A stretch of 64,000 nucleotides of DNA from Acidimicrobiales bacterium (GCA_965237375.1 CBDEFI010000003.1:2308-66307), one strand, 5' to 3'. Positions 28,669 to 38,696 are shown, counted from the first letter of the stretch. The notes: generated by a model not told the origin, from the sequence alone. A program made the numbers and translations.

Positions 28669-29211
28669 GTGTTGGACTTCGACGGTCCGCCCATGTTGTG
28701 CATCGACCCCGCGGTGGCGCACACCGCGGTGTTCGACACGTCTCGAGGCGTCGTCCGGGTGGCTCTGGATGTGGCCAACACGCCCGGCACGGTGAACAGC
28801 TTCGTGAACCTGGCCCGCTTCGGCTACTACGACGGCACGCTGATCCACCGCAGCGACCCGAGCATCGGCATCCTCCAAGGCGGCTCGCCGCACACCAACA
28901 GCGCAGCCGACGCCGGCCCGGGTTACACGCTGTGGGACGAAGGCACCGGCTTCACCTACCAACCCGGACAGTTGGTCATGGCGCGGCGCGGCGACCCCAA
29001 CAGCGCCGGCGCCCAATACTTCTTCACCGTCACCACCGACGCCGCCCTGCTCGACGGCCAGGGCACCTACGTCGTGTTCGGCGACGTGACCGAAGGCCTC
29101 GACGTGCTCGCCGACATCCTCGCCAGCCACGTCAACGACCCCAACAGCCGCCTCGGCGGCGCCCCCGACCCACCCGTCGTCATCAACACCCTCACCATCG
29201 AGGTGGGCTGA
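28669..29211 (+). CDS. Cyclophilin-type peptidyl-prolyl cis-trans isomerase
   Basis: TVNSFVNLARFGYYDGTLIHR and QLVMARRGDPNSAGAQYFF motifs. Same frame as the RCC1 gene; GTG is the first start after the TAG. Confidence 0.85.
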   Translation: MLDFDGPPMLCIDPAVAHTAVFDTSRGVVRVALDVANTPGTVNSFVNLARFGYYDGTLIHRSDPSIGILQGGSPHTNSAADAGPGYTLWDEGTGFTYQPGQLVMARRGDPNSAGAQYFFTVTTDAALLDGQGTYVVFGDVTEGLDVLADILASHVNDPNSRLGGAPDPPVVINTLTIEVG

Positions 29212-29218
29212 GCGCCAT

Positions 29219-29236
29219 CCTCGGCACCGGCCGAGG
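29219..29236 (+). terminator. Short stem-loop after the cyclophilin gene
   Basis: CCTCGGC-ACCG-GCCGAGG, 8 nt after the stop. Confidence 0.35.
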
Positions 29237-29375
29237 TCGAAGCCGGCAAGGTCCAGCAGTCATGCACGCAGTGGTCCGTGATGTGGTTGCCGTGGAACCA
29301 CACCCTGAGGCAGGCGCAGGCGGGCAGGCCGTGGACCGGATGGGCGGCTGTCCGCCTTCAGACCGAAGCGGTCCT

Positions 29376-29798
29376 TCAGCCTCCGGCCTGTGATCTCGTG
29401 GTGCGCAGCAGGTAACGCCCGACCGTGATGCTCACGATGACGAACATCACGTCGATCACGTACCACAGCAACACCCTGATCTCCCATGGCGGGGTCTCGT
29501 CAGCGTCGTACACCTCCCAGCCCAACCACAGCCGGAAGAACAGCAGAAAGAGACTCGCCGAGGCAATCAGCATCGCTGTCGCTCGCCAGTCCGGCAACTT
29601 GCCGGCCTCTCGTACCCGCATGAGGCTGAAGACGAGCGCAGCCGCTGCACCGACGGCCATTGCAAAGCTCATGGCGTCCCACACGTCGCTGCTTGTCTCC
29701 ACGTCATACGTGGGAGATGCCACGAACTGCCCCGCCACCGCCAAGCCGAGAACGACATGGACGTATCCGAACAGTCTCTTCAGCGATTTCATGGGCAT
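29376..29798 (-). CDS. Small integral membrane protein (4 predicted helices), hypothetical
   Basis: Hydrophobic spans throughout. Start trimmed to ATG 29798 within track ORF 29376..29966. Confidence 0.5.
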   Translation of the reverse strand: MPMKSLKRLFGYVHVVLGLAVAGQFVASPTYDVETSSDVWDAMSFAMAVGAAAALVFSLMRVREAGKLPDWRATAMLIASASLFLLFFRLWLGWEVYDADETPPWEIRVLLWYVIDVMFVIVSITVGRYLLRTTRSQAGG

Positions 29799-29993
29799 TC
29801 GGAAGCTCGTCCCGTCCTTGCGACGTGCGCTGTGGGTTCGTGCCGCTGACGCAGCCACAATTTTATTGCGAAGACTAGTTCGCGCCGGCAGTGAACTCCG
29901 CAACACCACAACGAGGTCATCGCACAGTGCGGCGCGTCGACGCCTGCAGGCAGGGCGACCAGCCACCGGTCGCCGCCCGGACGCATCAAGCGG

Positions 29994-31259
29994 TCAGCGA
30001 GGCTGCGGTGGGTGATGCGTTCCGCTGAAGTCGTCGAGGACGCGGTCGAGCACGAACTCCTCGTGGACGACGAGTCGGCGGCGTCCGAACACTTCTTGCA
30101 GCGCCGGGTCCCAGGGTGTGGCTCCGCAGTCGTGGGGGTCGCTCGCCAGTTGCACGCCGGACCGCTGGGCCAGACCGACGGCGGCCTCGTAGTCGGATGC
30201 GCCCATCATCCACGGAGTGCAGCCGGCGACGTGCATCCGGCGGCAGATCGCTATGCCCGGCGCATCGAAGTCGCCGTGGTAGGAGATCGCCGCGCCGGAC
30301 CTTTGCAACTGTTGCACCAGCGTCATGACAGCGGTGGTGGGGTTGCCGTTCGATGCGACGACGCCGCACGGGAGGTCGCGCTCGGCGGCGGCTTCCACGA
30401 GTCGGGGGTTCTCGACGACGAGGACGGGGGTTCGTGGGGAAACGGCGAGCGGGTACTTCTGCAGCGCGAGCAGACTGACGTGGACGGGGAGTGCCCCTGC
30501 CGACGCGGCTCGGATCTGAATGTCAAGAGCGGAGATGCCCACGATGGGCAGCCCCCACGTGAGCACCGGTGCCGAGACACGGTCCCACAGGATGCCGGCG
30601 GCCTCCCAGAGTTCGCGCTCTGCCGGTTCGCCCCCTTCCGGCGGGTCGACGCGCCGGCGCAGTGCGCGTGTCACGGCGCCCGCCAACTTGGTGTTCGCAT
30701 CGAGTGCGTGGGCGGAGCCGTAGAGAGCGGCGGCGACTTCGGTCCGGGATGCGCCGGCCGGTTGCAGGCGATCGAGTCGATCCAGGAGACGACGGACGTC
30801 GGCGACGAGATCGTCCACGTCGTCGCCGCCGAGGGAACCGAGCATCCCGCTGCGGGCCACCTCGTTCGCCCACTCGACCGCCCACGGCTCGTCCCAGGAC
30901 GCCACGGCCGCGCTCAGCGCGGCACGGGCCGCCTCCGAGCGCTCCCGGTCGGCACGCCGTTGGGCCGCGGCCGCCGACGGCGGATGGCCGAGGCGGGTGA
31001 GCGCACTGCACAGATCGTCGCCGATGTCGTGGGCCACGAGCGCCGCTTCGAGGTGGCCGAGGTCGAGACGCTTGGTCGGCTTGCGTCCGAGCAGTGATCC
31101 GAGGGTCAGCGTGCTCCCCGGATCGAGTGCGGGTCGGACAATGGTTCCGCGCCGCTCCGGTCCGGAGCGGTCGAGTCGTCGACGGACCATCGCCCACACC
31201 GGCGCCAGGCCGGGATCCAACAGCGAGTCAGGTACCGGTCGGGACGTCACAACAGCCAC
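29994..31259 (-). CDS. jetD: Wadjet JetD-like protein (DUF2399/TIGR02679-type, Toprim C-terminal domain)
   Basis: Toprim-like VLVVENP ... YHGDFDAPG. Start set at GTG 31259 (GGGAGG upstream); GTG 31250 is an alternative. Confidence 0.75.
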   Translation of the reverse strand: MAVVTSRPVPDSLLDPGLAPVWAMVRRRLDRSGPERRGTIVRPALDPGSTLTLGSLLGRKPTKRLDLGHLEAALVAHDIGDDLCSALTRLGHPPSAAAAQRRADRERSEAARAALSAAVASWDEPWAVEWANEVARSGMLGSLGGDDVDDLVADVRRLLDRLDRLQPAGASRTEVAAALYGSAHALDANTKLAGAVTRALRRRVDPPEGGEPAERELWEAAGILWDRVSAPVLTWGLPIVGISALDIQIRAASAGALPVHVSLLALQKYPLAVSPRTPVLVVENPRLVEAAAERDLPCGVVASNGNPTTAVMTLVQQLQRSGAAISYHGDFDAPGIAICRRMHVAGCTPWMMGASDYEAAVGLAQRSGVQLASDPHDCGATPWDPALQEVFGRRRLVVHEEFVLDRVLDDFSGTHHPPQPR

Positions 31260-31305
31260 CGGGCCGGCGCGGCCTCCCGAGCGAAGGGGATCGGCCGTCG
31301 GGACG

Positions 31306-32475
31306 TCACAGCAGCGATGCCTGCTCGACGTCGGCGCGCCCGCCCTCGTCGGTTTCGACCTCGACGCCGTACCGCCACGCGGCGGGGAGCAGGCGCATGG
31401 TTCCGCCGTCCACCTCGGTGAGGCGGTGGTCCTGCAGCAGTTCCAGGATCTCGCCGGTGAGGTGATCGGGGTCGTCAGCGAGTTTCGACCAGTAGCGGCG
31501 ATGCTCGCCGGCCAGTGTCGCCACCTCCTCGACGAGCGCGTCGCGCTCCATCTCGGCACGGTCCGTCTCGATGAGTCGGTCGATGAGCAGCAGCGCGGCA
31601 TGACCGATGGTGCCGCCGAGCGGGAAGCGGCTGTCGGTCAGGCCACCCTCGGGGTCGATTGCGGTGATGCCCTCGGCGCGGGCCTCGATGTCCAGCCCGA
31701 ACATCTCGTGGAAGATGGCGGACTCCTCACCCATGCGCCGCCGGAGTTCGGCCCATTCGTCGTCGGCAAGGTCGGCGCGGTAGAGCACGGGTTCCTCCAA
31801 CAGGGTCGAGCGCATCCACGCCCGTGACGACCGCCGCTGCTCGCTGCGGTCCAGCAACTGCTCCGCCGTCTCGGCGCTAGCGAGCACCTGCAGCGGGAGG
31901 AGACCGACGCGGTCGGGGCGGATCCGGAGCACGGCGTCGGCCTCACCGTCGCCGACGTAGCGGTCGACGCGGTCGTGCATCTCGACGGCCACGCCGTGGC
32001 GGATCATCCACCGCAGGGCCGTGACCAGGGCACGGCGGTCGGCAGGCTCCTCGGTGACGGTCACCTCCGCGTCGATCGCCGCCGAGCGGATCTCGTGGAG
32101 GAGGTCACGCAGGCTGATCACGTCAGGCCCGGCCGCCACCGCGGCCAGGGCGAGAGCAAGCATCGTGTACTCGCGCACGGAGAACCGCCGGCTCTGGGCG
32201 GTCGCCGTGCGAAGCGGCCGGCGGCCGGCGACGACGGTCGTCTTGAAGAGGCGGGCCGTATCGGCGCTGACCTGCAGCCGGTACCCGAAGCGCTGCGTGA
32301 ACCACCTGTCCAGCGTCTGCTCGTGCCGCCGGATCAGCCGGAAGACGTCGGGCTCGTCCTCGGCGAGTACGAACGGGTTGGTGACCAGATGGCCCGCGGC
32401 GGCTCGGAGATCGTTCTCTGCCCGCGGATCGGTCGTGGCCGAGGGCCGGGCAACAAGCGCCGCCGTGGCGTTCAC
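31306..32475 (-). CDS. jetB: Wadjet JetB-like protein (DUF2398/TIGR02678-type)
   Basis: FVLAEDEPDVFRLIRRHEQTLDRWFTQRFGYRLQVSADTARLFK. GTG 32475 overlaps the upstream TGA as GTGA. Confidence 0.75.
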   Translation of the reverse strand: MNATAALVARPSATTDPRAENDLRAAAGHLVTNPFVLAEDEPDVFRLIRRHEQTLDRWFTQRFGYRLQVSADTARLFKTTVVAGRRPLRTATAQSRRFSVREYTMLALALAAVAAGPDVISLRDLLHEIRSAAIDAEVTVTEEPADRRALVTALRWMIRHGVAVEMHDRVDRYVGDGEADAVLRIRPDRVGLLPLQVLASAETAEQLLDRSEQRRSSRAWMRSTLLEEPVLYRADLADDEWAELRRRMGEESAIFHEMFGLDIEARAEGITAIDPEGGLTDSRFPLGGTIGHAALLLIDRLIETDRAEMERDALVEEVATLAGEHRRYWSKLADDPDHLTGEILELLQDHRLTEVDGGTMRLLPAAWRYGVEVETDEGGRADVEQASLL

Positions 32476-34184
32476 GTCGGCGTCCCGGCCGGTTCGGGGG
32501 CGCGGGTCCGGGCACCGACCGCTTCGGTATCGCCGGGCGCGGCTGTGACGGTGACGACGAGGCCGTGCATCGCCAGCCGACCGTCGGGGCATTCGACGAC
32601 CGTGCACGCCCCGTCCAACCGGCGGACCTCGCAACGAACCCCCGTCACGGTGGCGGTGCGAACCTCGGCGCCGAGCGCGGCCCGCAGCCCGGAGCGACTG
32701 ATGAGGTCGCGCAGCATCGAGAACGAGGCGACCGACATCCGGGCTCCGTCGATCCGGCCGCCGTCGCCGGCGCACGACAGCAGTTCGGCGGCGGCCGCCT
32801 CACGATTCACGCGCTCGCGCTCGCGGCGGCGCTCCATCCACGCCCGTTCTGTCCGCCGGTCGCGCATCGGTGTCGCTTGCCCGCGCTGCGCGGTATCGCC
32901 ACGGGCGCGCAGCGACACCGGGACGACGGCGCGAGGCGCATCCCGCCACGAGGTGACGGTGGGAGCAGGGTCGTCGGCGTCGGCGGACGGCATGCCGAGG
33001 CGGCGGCACGAGCCGAGTCCGAACGCGGCGGCGGCGATCTCGTGCGCCTCGCCGGCCGTGGTCGCCCGGTCGAAGAATCCGGCCAGGCGCACGAAGTCGG
33101 CACGCCGCGACGCCGCACCCAGCCCGACGCGTGACAGTCGGGTGACGTTGGCCGTGAGAGTGCGCACCGCCGACACCGCCTGGCGGGTGAGCCGATCCAG
33201 CCGCGACGGCCGGCCCTGCACGGCCACGAACCACGCCGCCAGATGCTCCCAGTCGTCGGAGCTCGTACCGGGGAGCCGGCGCACCGCCACGGCGTCCGCC
33301 AGCCCGGCGTCGTCGACACGCGCCGCAAGGCCGGACTGCAGAGCGGGAAGCAGTACCGCCAGCCGGGGGAGGATGCGTTCGAGGCTGCGGGAGATCGGGC
33401 GGGTCATGCGCTCGATCTCGGTGAGCTGCTCGGAGACGTAGGCCACGAGAACCCCGGCCAACAGCCGGACCTCGTCGGCGTCGAGGTCGTAGCGGCTCTG
33501 CCACAGGTTGAGTTCGGCGAAGAACTGCGTCAGTTCGCTGGTGAAGCGCTCGTGGAGGTCGAACACCGTGCGCACCAGGTCGGCGAGGTCGTCGCCGCCG
33601 ACGCGGTCGAATCCCGTGTCGCCGTGGTCGCCCAGATCGACGAGGGCGCGGTGCAGGTCCCGCAGGCGCCCGGCCTGCACGTCGCCGATCTCGTCCACTC
33701 CCGCGAGCACGCGTTCGACGAGTTCGAACACCTCCTGGCCGGCGCGGGTGATCAGGTAGCGGTTGCGCCGCCGGTAGTAGTCATCGAGGCTCGACGGATT
33801 GCCGACCGACGAGGACACCGTGAGGTTCCCCCAGCCCCGCAGGCTCTCCAGCCGGAGGGGGACAACCGCGGGATCCACGCCGGCGCCGACGACGGCGGGG
33901 TGGGCGGCCACGTCGTCGGGCGTGAACTCGGCGAAGAACGTGCCGGCGAACACCTCGAGGATGGCTCGGTACTCGTGCCACTCGTCGCCGCCGAGATAGC
34001 GGAACAGCCGCCGGGCACCGGCCGGGTCGTCGCCGGGGCCGGGGGCGTTGCGGGCACCGGTCGGATCGTCGCCGGGTTCACGCGCCGGATGATCACTGCG
34101 GTTGCTGCGGCGGCCGGCCGGATCGTCGCCGGCGCGGGTGTCGACCGGGCGGCCGGGGGCTGAGCCGTTCGTTGCGTCGGTCAC
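32472..34184 (-). CDS. jetA: Wadjet JetA-like protein (DUF2397/TIGR02677-type) with a low-complexity N-terminal extension
   Basis: LFRYLGGDEWHEYRAILEVFAGTFFAEFTPDDV. GTG 34184 overlaps the jetC TGA as GTGA. GDDP(A/T)G occurs three times in the first 60 aa. Confidence 0.75.
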   Translation of the reverse strand: MTDATNGSAPGRPVDTRAGDDPAGRRSNRSDHPAREPGDDPTGARNAPGPGDDPAGARRLFRYLGGDEWHEYRAILEVFAGTFFAEFTPDDVAAHPAVVGAGVDPAVVPLRLESLRGWGNLTVSSSVGNPSSLDDYYRRRNRYLITRAGQEVFELVERVLAGVDEIGDVQAGRLRDLHRALVDLGDHGDTGFDRVGGDDLADLVRTVFDLHERFTSELTQFFAELNLWQSRYDLDADEVRLLAGVLVAYVSEQLTEIERMTRPISRSLERILPRLAVLLPALQSGLAARVDDAGLADAVAVRRLPGTSSDDWEHLAAWFVAVQGRPSRLDRLTRQAVSAVRTLTANVTRLSRVGLGAASRRADFVRLAGFFDRATTAGEAHEIAAAAFGLGSCRRLGMPSADADDPAPTVTSWRDAPRAVVPVSLRARGDTAQRGQATPMRDRRTERAWMERRRERERVNREAAAAELLSCAGDGGRIDGARMSVASFSMLRDLISRSGLRAALGAEVRTATVTGVRCEVRRLDGACTVVECPDGRLAMHGLVVTVTAAPGDTEAVGARTRAPEPAGTPT

Positions 34185-37100
34185 GGCGCGCCCTGCCGTG
34201 CGAGGGTGGTGCCGTCCCAGCGGTAGTGCTCGAGCAGGATTGCGCCGAGCGTCGCATCGCGGACGACCTCGGTGATGGCCAGTTCGGGCACGGTCGCATG
34301 CGTGCCCCAGAGCCGCTCGCTGGTGGCGATCAGGTCGAGGTCGAGATCGACGAGAACACCGAAGAGCGCCGCGTGGTTGTCCTCGGACACCTTGGCGAAG
34401 GCGTCGTCGAGCAGGACGAAGCGGGCGATGCCCGGCCGACCGTCGCCGGGGGCTCCCTGCTGCCCGGCAAGCGCGTCGTAGGAGGCGGCCACGGCGGCGA
34501 ACAGCGGGAGGTAGGTGACTATTTTCTTCTCGCCCTCCGACAGCGGTGTCCGGCGCCCGAGTCGGGTCACTTTGTCGCCCTCCCGGTGCAGCATCACCGA
34601 CATCTCGTGCCACTGCTTGTAGTCGAGCGTGTCGGCGATGAGTTGGCGGTACGGAACGTCGGGCTGCAGCACCCGAGCCTCGTCGAGGCGATCCGACAGC
34701 GCCCCGCGCAGCTCCCGCTCGTCCTCCTCGATGCGTAAGTCGGGACGCGTGCCGAGCAGTTCGACCAGGCGCGCCGTCGGCGGATCGAGTTCGGGCGAGC
34801 GACGCCACCGCAGCCGGACCCCCACCTGGTGCGCTGTGCTGACGCTGCCGAGGCGCTCGTTCATCAGCTTCACCAGACGGGCCGCTCCGTCGACCTTCTC
34901 GGCGAGTTCGCTGGCGATCCGGCCCTGCAGCAATTCGCGCAGGGCGTCACGCTGCTTGTGGTCAAGCAGGTTCGCGAGGTCCTGGTGCTGCTGCGAGACC
35001 GCCCTCGCCGATGACGCCAGCGGGGCCCTGCCCGACGGGCCGGTCACCTCGATCACGAGCGGAAGCGCCGGATCGGGCTGGCGTTCTTCGGCGTCCCAAC
35101 CGGCGCCGAGGGTGTCGCGCCGCTGCCGCAACGACTGACGGACACCGTCGGCGTTGACCCCGTCGGCGCGAGATGTGTCGACTCCAGGTGCGCGGACAGC
35201 TGCGGCACGGGGCTGGGACGCGCCGTCGGCTGTGACACCGTCGGGCGCCGTGCCATCGGGAGCGGCGCTGTCGGGCGCCGTGCCATCGGGAGTGGTGCCG
35301 CCTGGGTCGGCGTGCGGGAGGCGTTCGACGGCTTCGAGCAGTTCGCGCAGTCCGTCGGGGCCGGCTGATCGGGCGACGAGCGGGGCGGTTTCGTCGCCGG
35401 CGACGGCGTCGAGCAGGCCCGGCGTCGCCAGGACCTCCGTCAGCAACAGTCGCGTCGCATCGCACGATTGCGCGGCCTGCACGCGCTTTTCGACGGCGCC
35501 GCGGGCCGCGGCCAGCGATTCGGCCCGCCGCTCGACCGCACGATCCCGCTCGCTGCGGCGGTTCGGCAGCCCAACCTCGACCTCGTCCAGTTCGACCTTG
35601 CATCGATCACGCGTGGCGACGACCTCGGCGTACTCGGCGCCGATGCTGTCCTCGATGGTGACGAGGCGGGCACGTTCGCTGCCGTGCTTCGACTCGATCT
35701 TCGCCAGTTCGCCCCGCTCACTCTGGAGGTCGGCGGATGCCACCCGCCAGCGGTCGGCGGCGCTGCGCCACTCGTCGAGGGATCGTTGCAGGGCGCCGGA
35801 TCGAGAACGGCATCGGTCGAGGACCGACGTCAACTCGGTCAGGTCCTGACGAACCTCGTCGAGACCGCCACGGTCGGCGGGGAGGGCCAGCGTCGTCGCC
35901 ACCCGCTGGAGCGCGTTCGACGCCTCGCTCGCCGCCCGTTCCGCTTCGGCTGCCCGCCCGGTCGCCGCTGCCTTCTCTGTCTCCGCGTCGGCTGCGGCGG
36001 CGGTCGCAGCGGCGGCTTCCGCGAGCGCGGTGAGGATCTGGCCGGTGACGGGCAGAGCAGATCGCTGCCGTTGGGCGTTCTCAAGCGAGTCGCTGTGTCG
36101 GGCCCGCTCGGCCTCGCCGGCGGCCACCGCCGCACGGGCCGACGCCAGAGTTTCCGCCGCCTCCTGCCGGGCTCGATCGAGGGCGGCACGCCGGGCGGTC
36201 ACGCCGATGAACTCGGCCCGCTCCTTGGCGTGCCGACCGCGCAGCGACCCGACCCGGAAGGTGCCGTCGGTCCCGACGGCTGCGGCGGCGTCGCTCGACG
36301 TGTCGCAGGAGATGGATTCGAGCAGCTTGGCGACCAGCCCCTCGTCGGCTTCCCCCACGACCCGCTCCGGCACGGTCACGGTGAGGTGGTCGCTCAGCGG
36401 ACGCCGGACACCACCCGCGACGATGGCAACCAGTTCTCCGGTCGCCAACTCGACGGCGCCGCTACCGACCGGTCGGGCCGACAGCAGCCCGGAGGCTTCG
36501 AGCGCCGCCTCGATACCTGCACGCTCGGCAGGACCGAGGTGGGGCGCGAAGTCAACCAGATCGGCAAGGCAGTGGTCGGCCGCGACCTGCCAGCCGAGCC
36601 GGGGCGGATCAGGCTCGGTCTGCACCGCCAGCTTGTCGACGTGCGCCTGCGCCTCGTCCACGGCCGCTCGCTCCTCCGCCAGTCGGAAGTCGACCGCAGC
36701 GACGGCATCCCGCCAGTGCCCGACAAGATCGTCGGCCTCCGACAGCAGGTGGCCGCGCACAACCTCGTTGTCATCGGCGGCCTCACCGTCCTCTGCGGTG
36801 GGGTCGGCCGCGGCACGTATCTCGGCGACGTCCCTGTCGCTGGTCTGCGGCCGGGCGGCGAGCACGGCCGTGGTCAGTGCGTCGAACCCCGCCGCCGGGA
36901 ACAGGGTGGCGATGGTGGCCACCGCCGGCGCGTCCACAGCGGCGGCCCGCAGGAGGGGGTGGACCTCGGCTGCCCAGAGCCGGGTCCGCTCGGCCCAGTC
37001 GAGCCTCGCCGCGCCGAGTTGCCGGGTCCGTTCGCCGAGCCGTTCGGCGGCCCGCTCTGCCGCATCGCCGGCCAGGTCGTGCGCCGCCTCTGCCCGGTCG

Positions 37101-38590
37101 AGCCGCTGCCCAGCGGCGTCGAGTTGCAGCCGTGCGTTCCCCACCTCGTCAACGTCGGCCCGCCGCTGCGTGACCGCTCCCGCCACCTCGGCGAGCCCAC
37201 GGTCGACGGTGGTTACGTCGAACGCCCCAATCTGCTGTGCCGGGTCGCCCGATGCGCCCAACTCAGCCGGCTCCGTCAACTCAGCGATGTCGGCCACCGC
37301 ACGCTGTTCGGCGCCGGCGTCAACGCCGACAAGGGCCGACTCGGGCACTTCGACCGGGCCGGGAGGTCGCCCAGCAAGGTGGCAACGTCCGCCCAACTCG
37401 GCCGCTGCCGCCAATTCGTCGTTGAGCTTCCCTTTGTCATCCCGACCGCGACGTTGCGCCAGCATCAACTGTTCGGCCGCGCCCTCCGCCCGCCGCCCGC
37501 CATCGGCGACCCGTTCGCCGGCTCGTTTCAGTTGGTTGGCGAGACCGGCGACAAGGTCGCGCAGCGCGTCGAGTTCCTGACCAGAACGGTAGACCCGTGA
37601 TTCCTCCAGGGCGGCGATCTCGCTGCGCAGGCGCCGCTCGTCCCCCTCGAGAGCAACGATGGCAACGTCGAGTTTCCCCACCGCGGCCTCGGCCGCTTCG
37701 GTAGCTCGCTGCCTGGCCCTCTCGTCACGGGTACACCGGCGCAGCCCGTCGAGACGGTCGCGCCCTTCTGCGACCCGCTGTCGCAACTCGTTCTCGCAGT
37801 AGGAGCGGTACACGTCGAGGAGACCGCTGATCGCCTCGGCGGTCCGGGCCAGTTCGGCCACGTTCCGGCGGTGCTCCTCAAGGTCGTCGAGCGGTTGAGC
37901 GGCCTCCGCCAGCGCCTGCTCGGAGAGTTGCGGAAGTGCTTCGGTCAGGTGCTGCGGGAGATCCACGTCGATCCGGTCGCCGACGCGCGGGCTGCGCACA
38001 AGGTTGATCAGCCCGATGTGCTGGTCGATGGACGACCCGCCGAAGAGACGCTGCTCGATCTCCCGCCGGTAGTCGCGGCGCCGGCGGTCGTTGAACACCT
38101 CGTCGCCGTCGAGGGTGGCGCGCAGCGCGTCGGCCGAGAGCGGGACGTCCTGCTCCACCAGCCGGACGTCGATCCCCGGCCGCTTCGACGTGACGAACCA
38201 CCACGTCGTGACGGTGTCGGACTGCCGGTTGGCCTTGATGCCGCAGCCGCACACGAGAAACTCGCCCTGCCGCTCGAACTCGATCCACAGGTAACCGACC
38301 GGCTGGGCATCCTCCCGACCGCTAAGCATCCACGCCTTCAGGATCCCGGCCTGCTCACCGGCCGCGTCGATGCGAGCCGGACGGGCCGTGAGCAGGAACG
38401 GCAGCAGCATGTTCATCGCCGTCGACTTGCCGGAGCCATTCACGCCGCGCAGCAACAGCCGGCCGCCTCCGAAGTGCAGCACCTCGTTCTCGTACTGGTA
38501 CACGTTGACGATGCCGGCCCGATGCAGCCGCCAACGCGCCGAAACCGGGTCAGGATGGTCGGGAGCCCCGCTCGCCGCCTGAACGCTCAT
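34181..38590 (-). CDS. jetC: Wadjet JetC-like SMC/ABC-type ATPase (TIGR02680-type), about 1470 aa
   Basis: Walker A GVNGSGKST near the N-terminus. Long Ala/Glu/Arg/Leu coiled-coil middle. C-terminal FVLLDDAFAKVSEDN (Walker B / D-loop). Start uncertain (ATG 38590, ATG 38620 or TTG 38674). Confidence 0.85.
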   Translation of the reverse strand: MSVQAASGAPDHPDPVSARWRLHRAGIVNVYQYENEVLHFGGGRLLLRGVNGSGKSTAMNMLLPFLLTARPARIDAAGEQAGILKAWMLSGREDAQPVGYLWIEFERQGEFLVCGCGIKANRQSDTVTTWWFVTSKRPGIDVRLVEQDVPLSADALRATLDGDEVFNDRRRRDYRREIEQRLFGGSSIDQHIGLINLVRSPRVGDRIDVDLPQHLTEALPQLSEQALAEAAQPLDDLEEHRRNVAELARTAEAISGLLDVYRSYCENELRQRVAEGRDRLDGLRRCTRDERARQRATEAAEAAVGKLDVAIVALEGDERRLRSEIAALEESRVYRSGQELDALRDLVAGLANQLKRAGERVADGGRRAEGAAEQLMLAQRRGRDDKGKLNDELAAAAELGGRCHLAGRPPGPVEVPESALVGVDAGAEQRAVADIAELTEPAELGASGDPAQQIGAFDVTTVDRGLAEVAGAVTQRRADVDEVGNARLQLDAAGQRLDRAEAAHDLAGDAAERAAERLGERTRQLGAARLDWAERTRLWAAEVHPLLRAAAVDAPAVATIATLFPAAGFDALTTAVLAARPQTSDRDVAEIRAAADPTAEDGEAADDNEVVRGHLLSEADDLVGHWRDAVAAVDFRLAEERAAVDEAQAHVDKLAVQTEPDPPRLGWQVAADHCLADLVDFAPHLGPAERAGIEAALEASGLLSARPVGSGAVELATGELVAIVAGGVRRPLSDHLTVTVPERVVGEADEGLVAKLLESISCDTSSDAAAAVGTDGTFRVGSLRGRHAKERAEFIGVTARRAALDRARQEAAETLASARAAVAAGEAERARHSDSLENAQRQRSALPVTGQILTALAEAAAATAAAADAETEKAAATGRAAEAERAASEASNALQRVATTLALPADRGGLDEVRQDLTELTSVLDRCRSRSGALQRSLDEWRSAADRWRVASADLQSERGELAKIESKHGSERARLVTIEDSIGAEYAEVVATRDRCKVELDEVEVGLPNRRSERDRAVERRAESLAAARGAVEKRVQAAQSCDATRLLLTEVLATPGLLDAVAGDETAPLVARSAGPDGLRELLEAVERLPHADPGGTTPDGTAPDSAAPDGTAPDGVTADGASQPRAAAVRAPGVDTSRADGVNADGVRQSLRQRRDTLGAGWDAEERQPDPALPLVIEVTGPSGRAPLASSARAVSQQHQDLANLLDHKQRDALRELLQGRIASELAEKVDGAARLVKLMNERLGSVSTAHQVGVRLRWRRSPELDPPTARLVELLGTRPDLRIEEDERELRGALSDRLDEARVLQPDVPYRQLIADTLDYKQWHEMSVMLHREGDKVTRLGRRTPLSEGEKKIVTYLPLFAAVAASYDALAGQQGAPGDGRPGIARFVLLDDAFAKVSEDNHAALFGVLVDLDLDLIATSERLWGTHATVPELAITEVVRDATLGAILLEHYRWDGTTLARQGAP

Positions 38591-38696
38591 CCCGGTGAAG
38601 GTACCGGACCGGTGCGACATCCACCGGCTGCCCGGCCCGGTGCCCGACCCGAACACAGGAAACAACCCAGCCAACGGTGGTCCAACATGATTGTGC

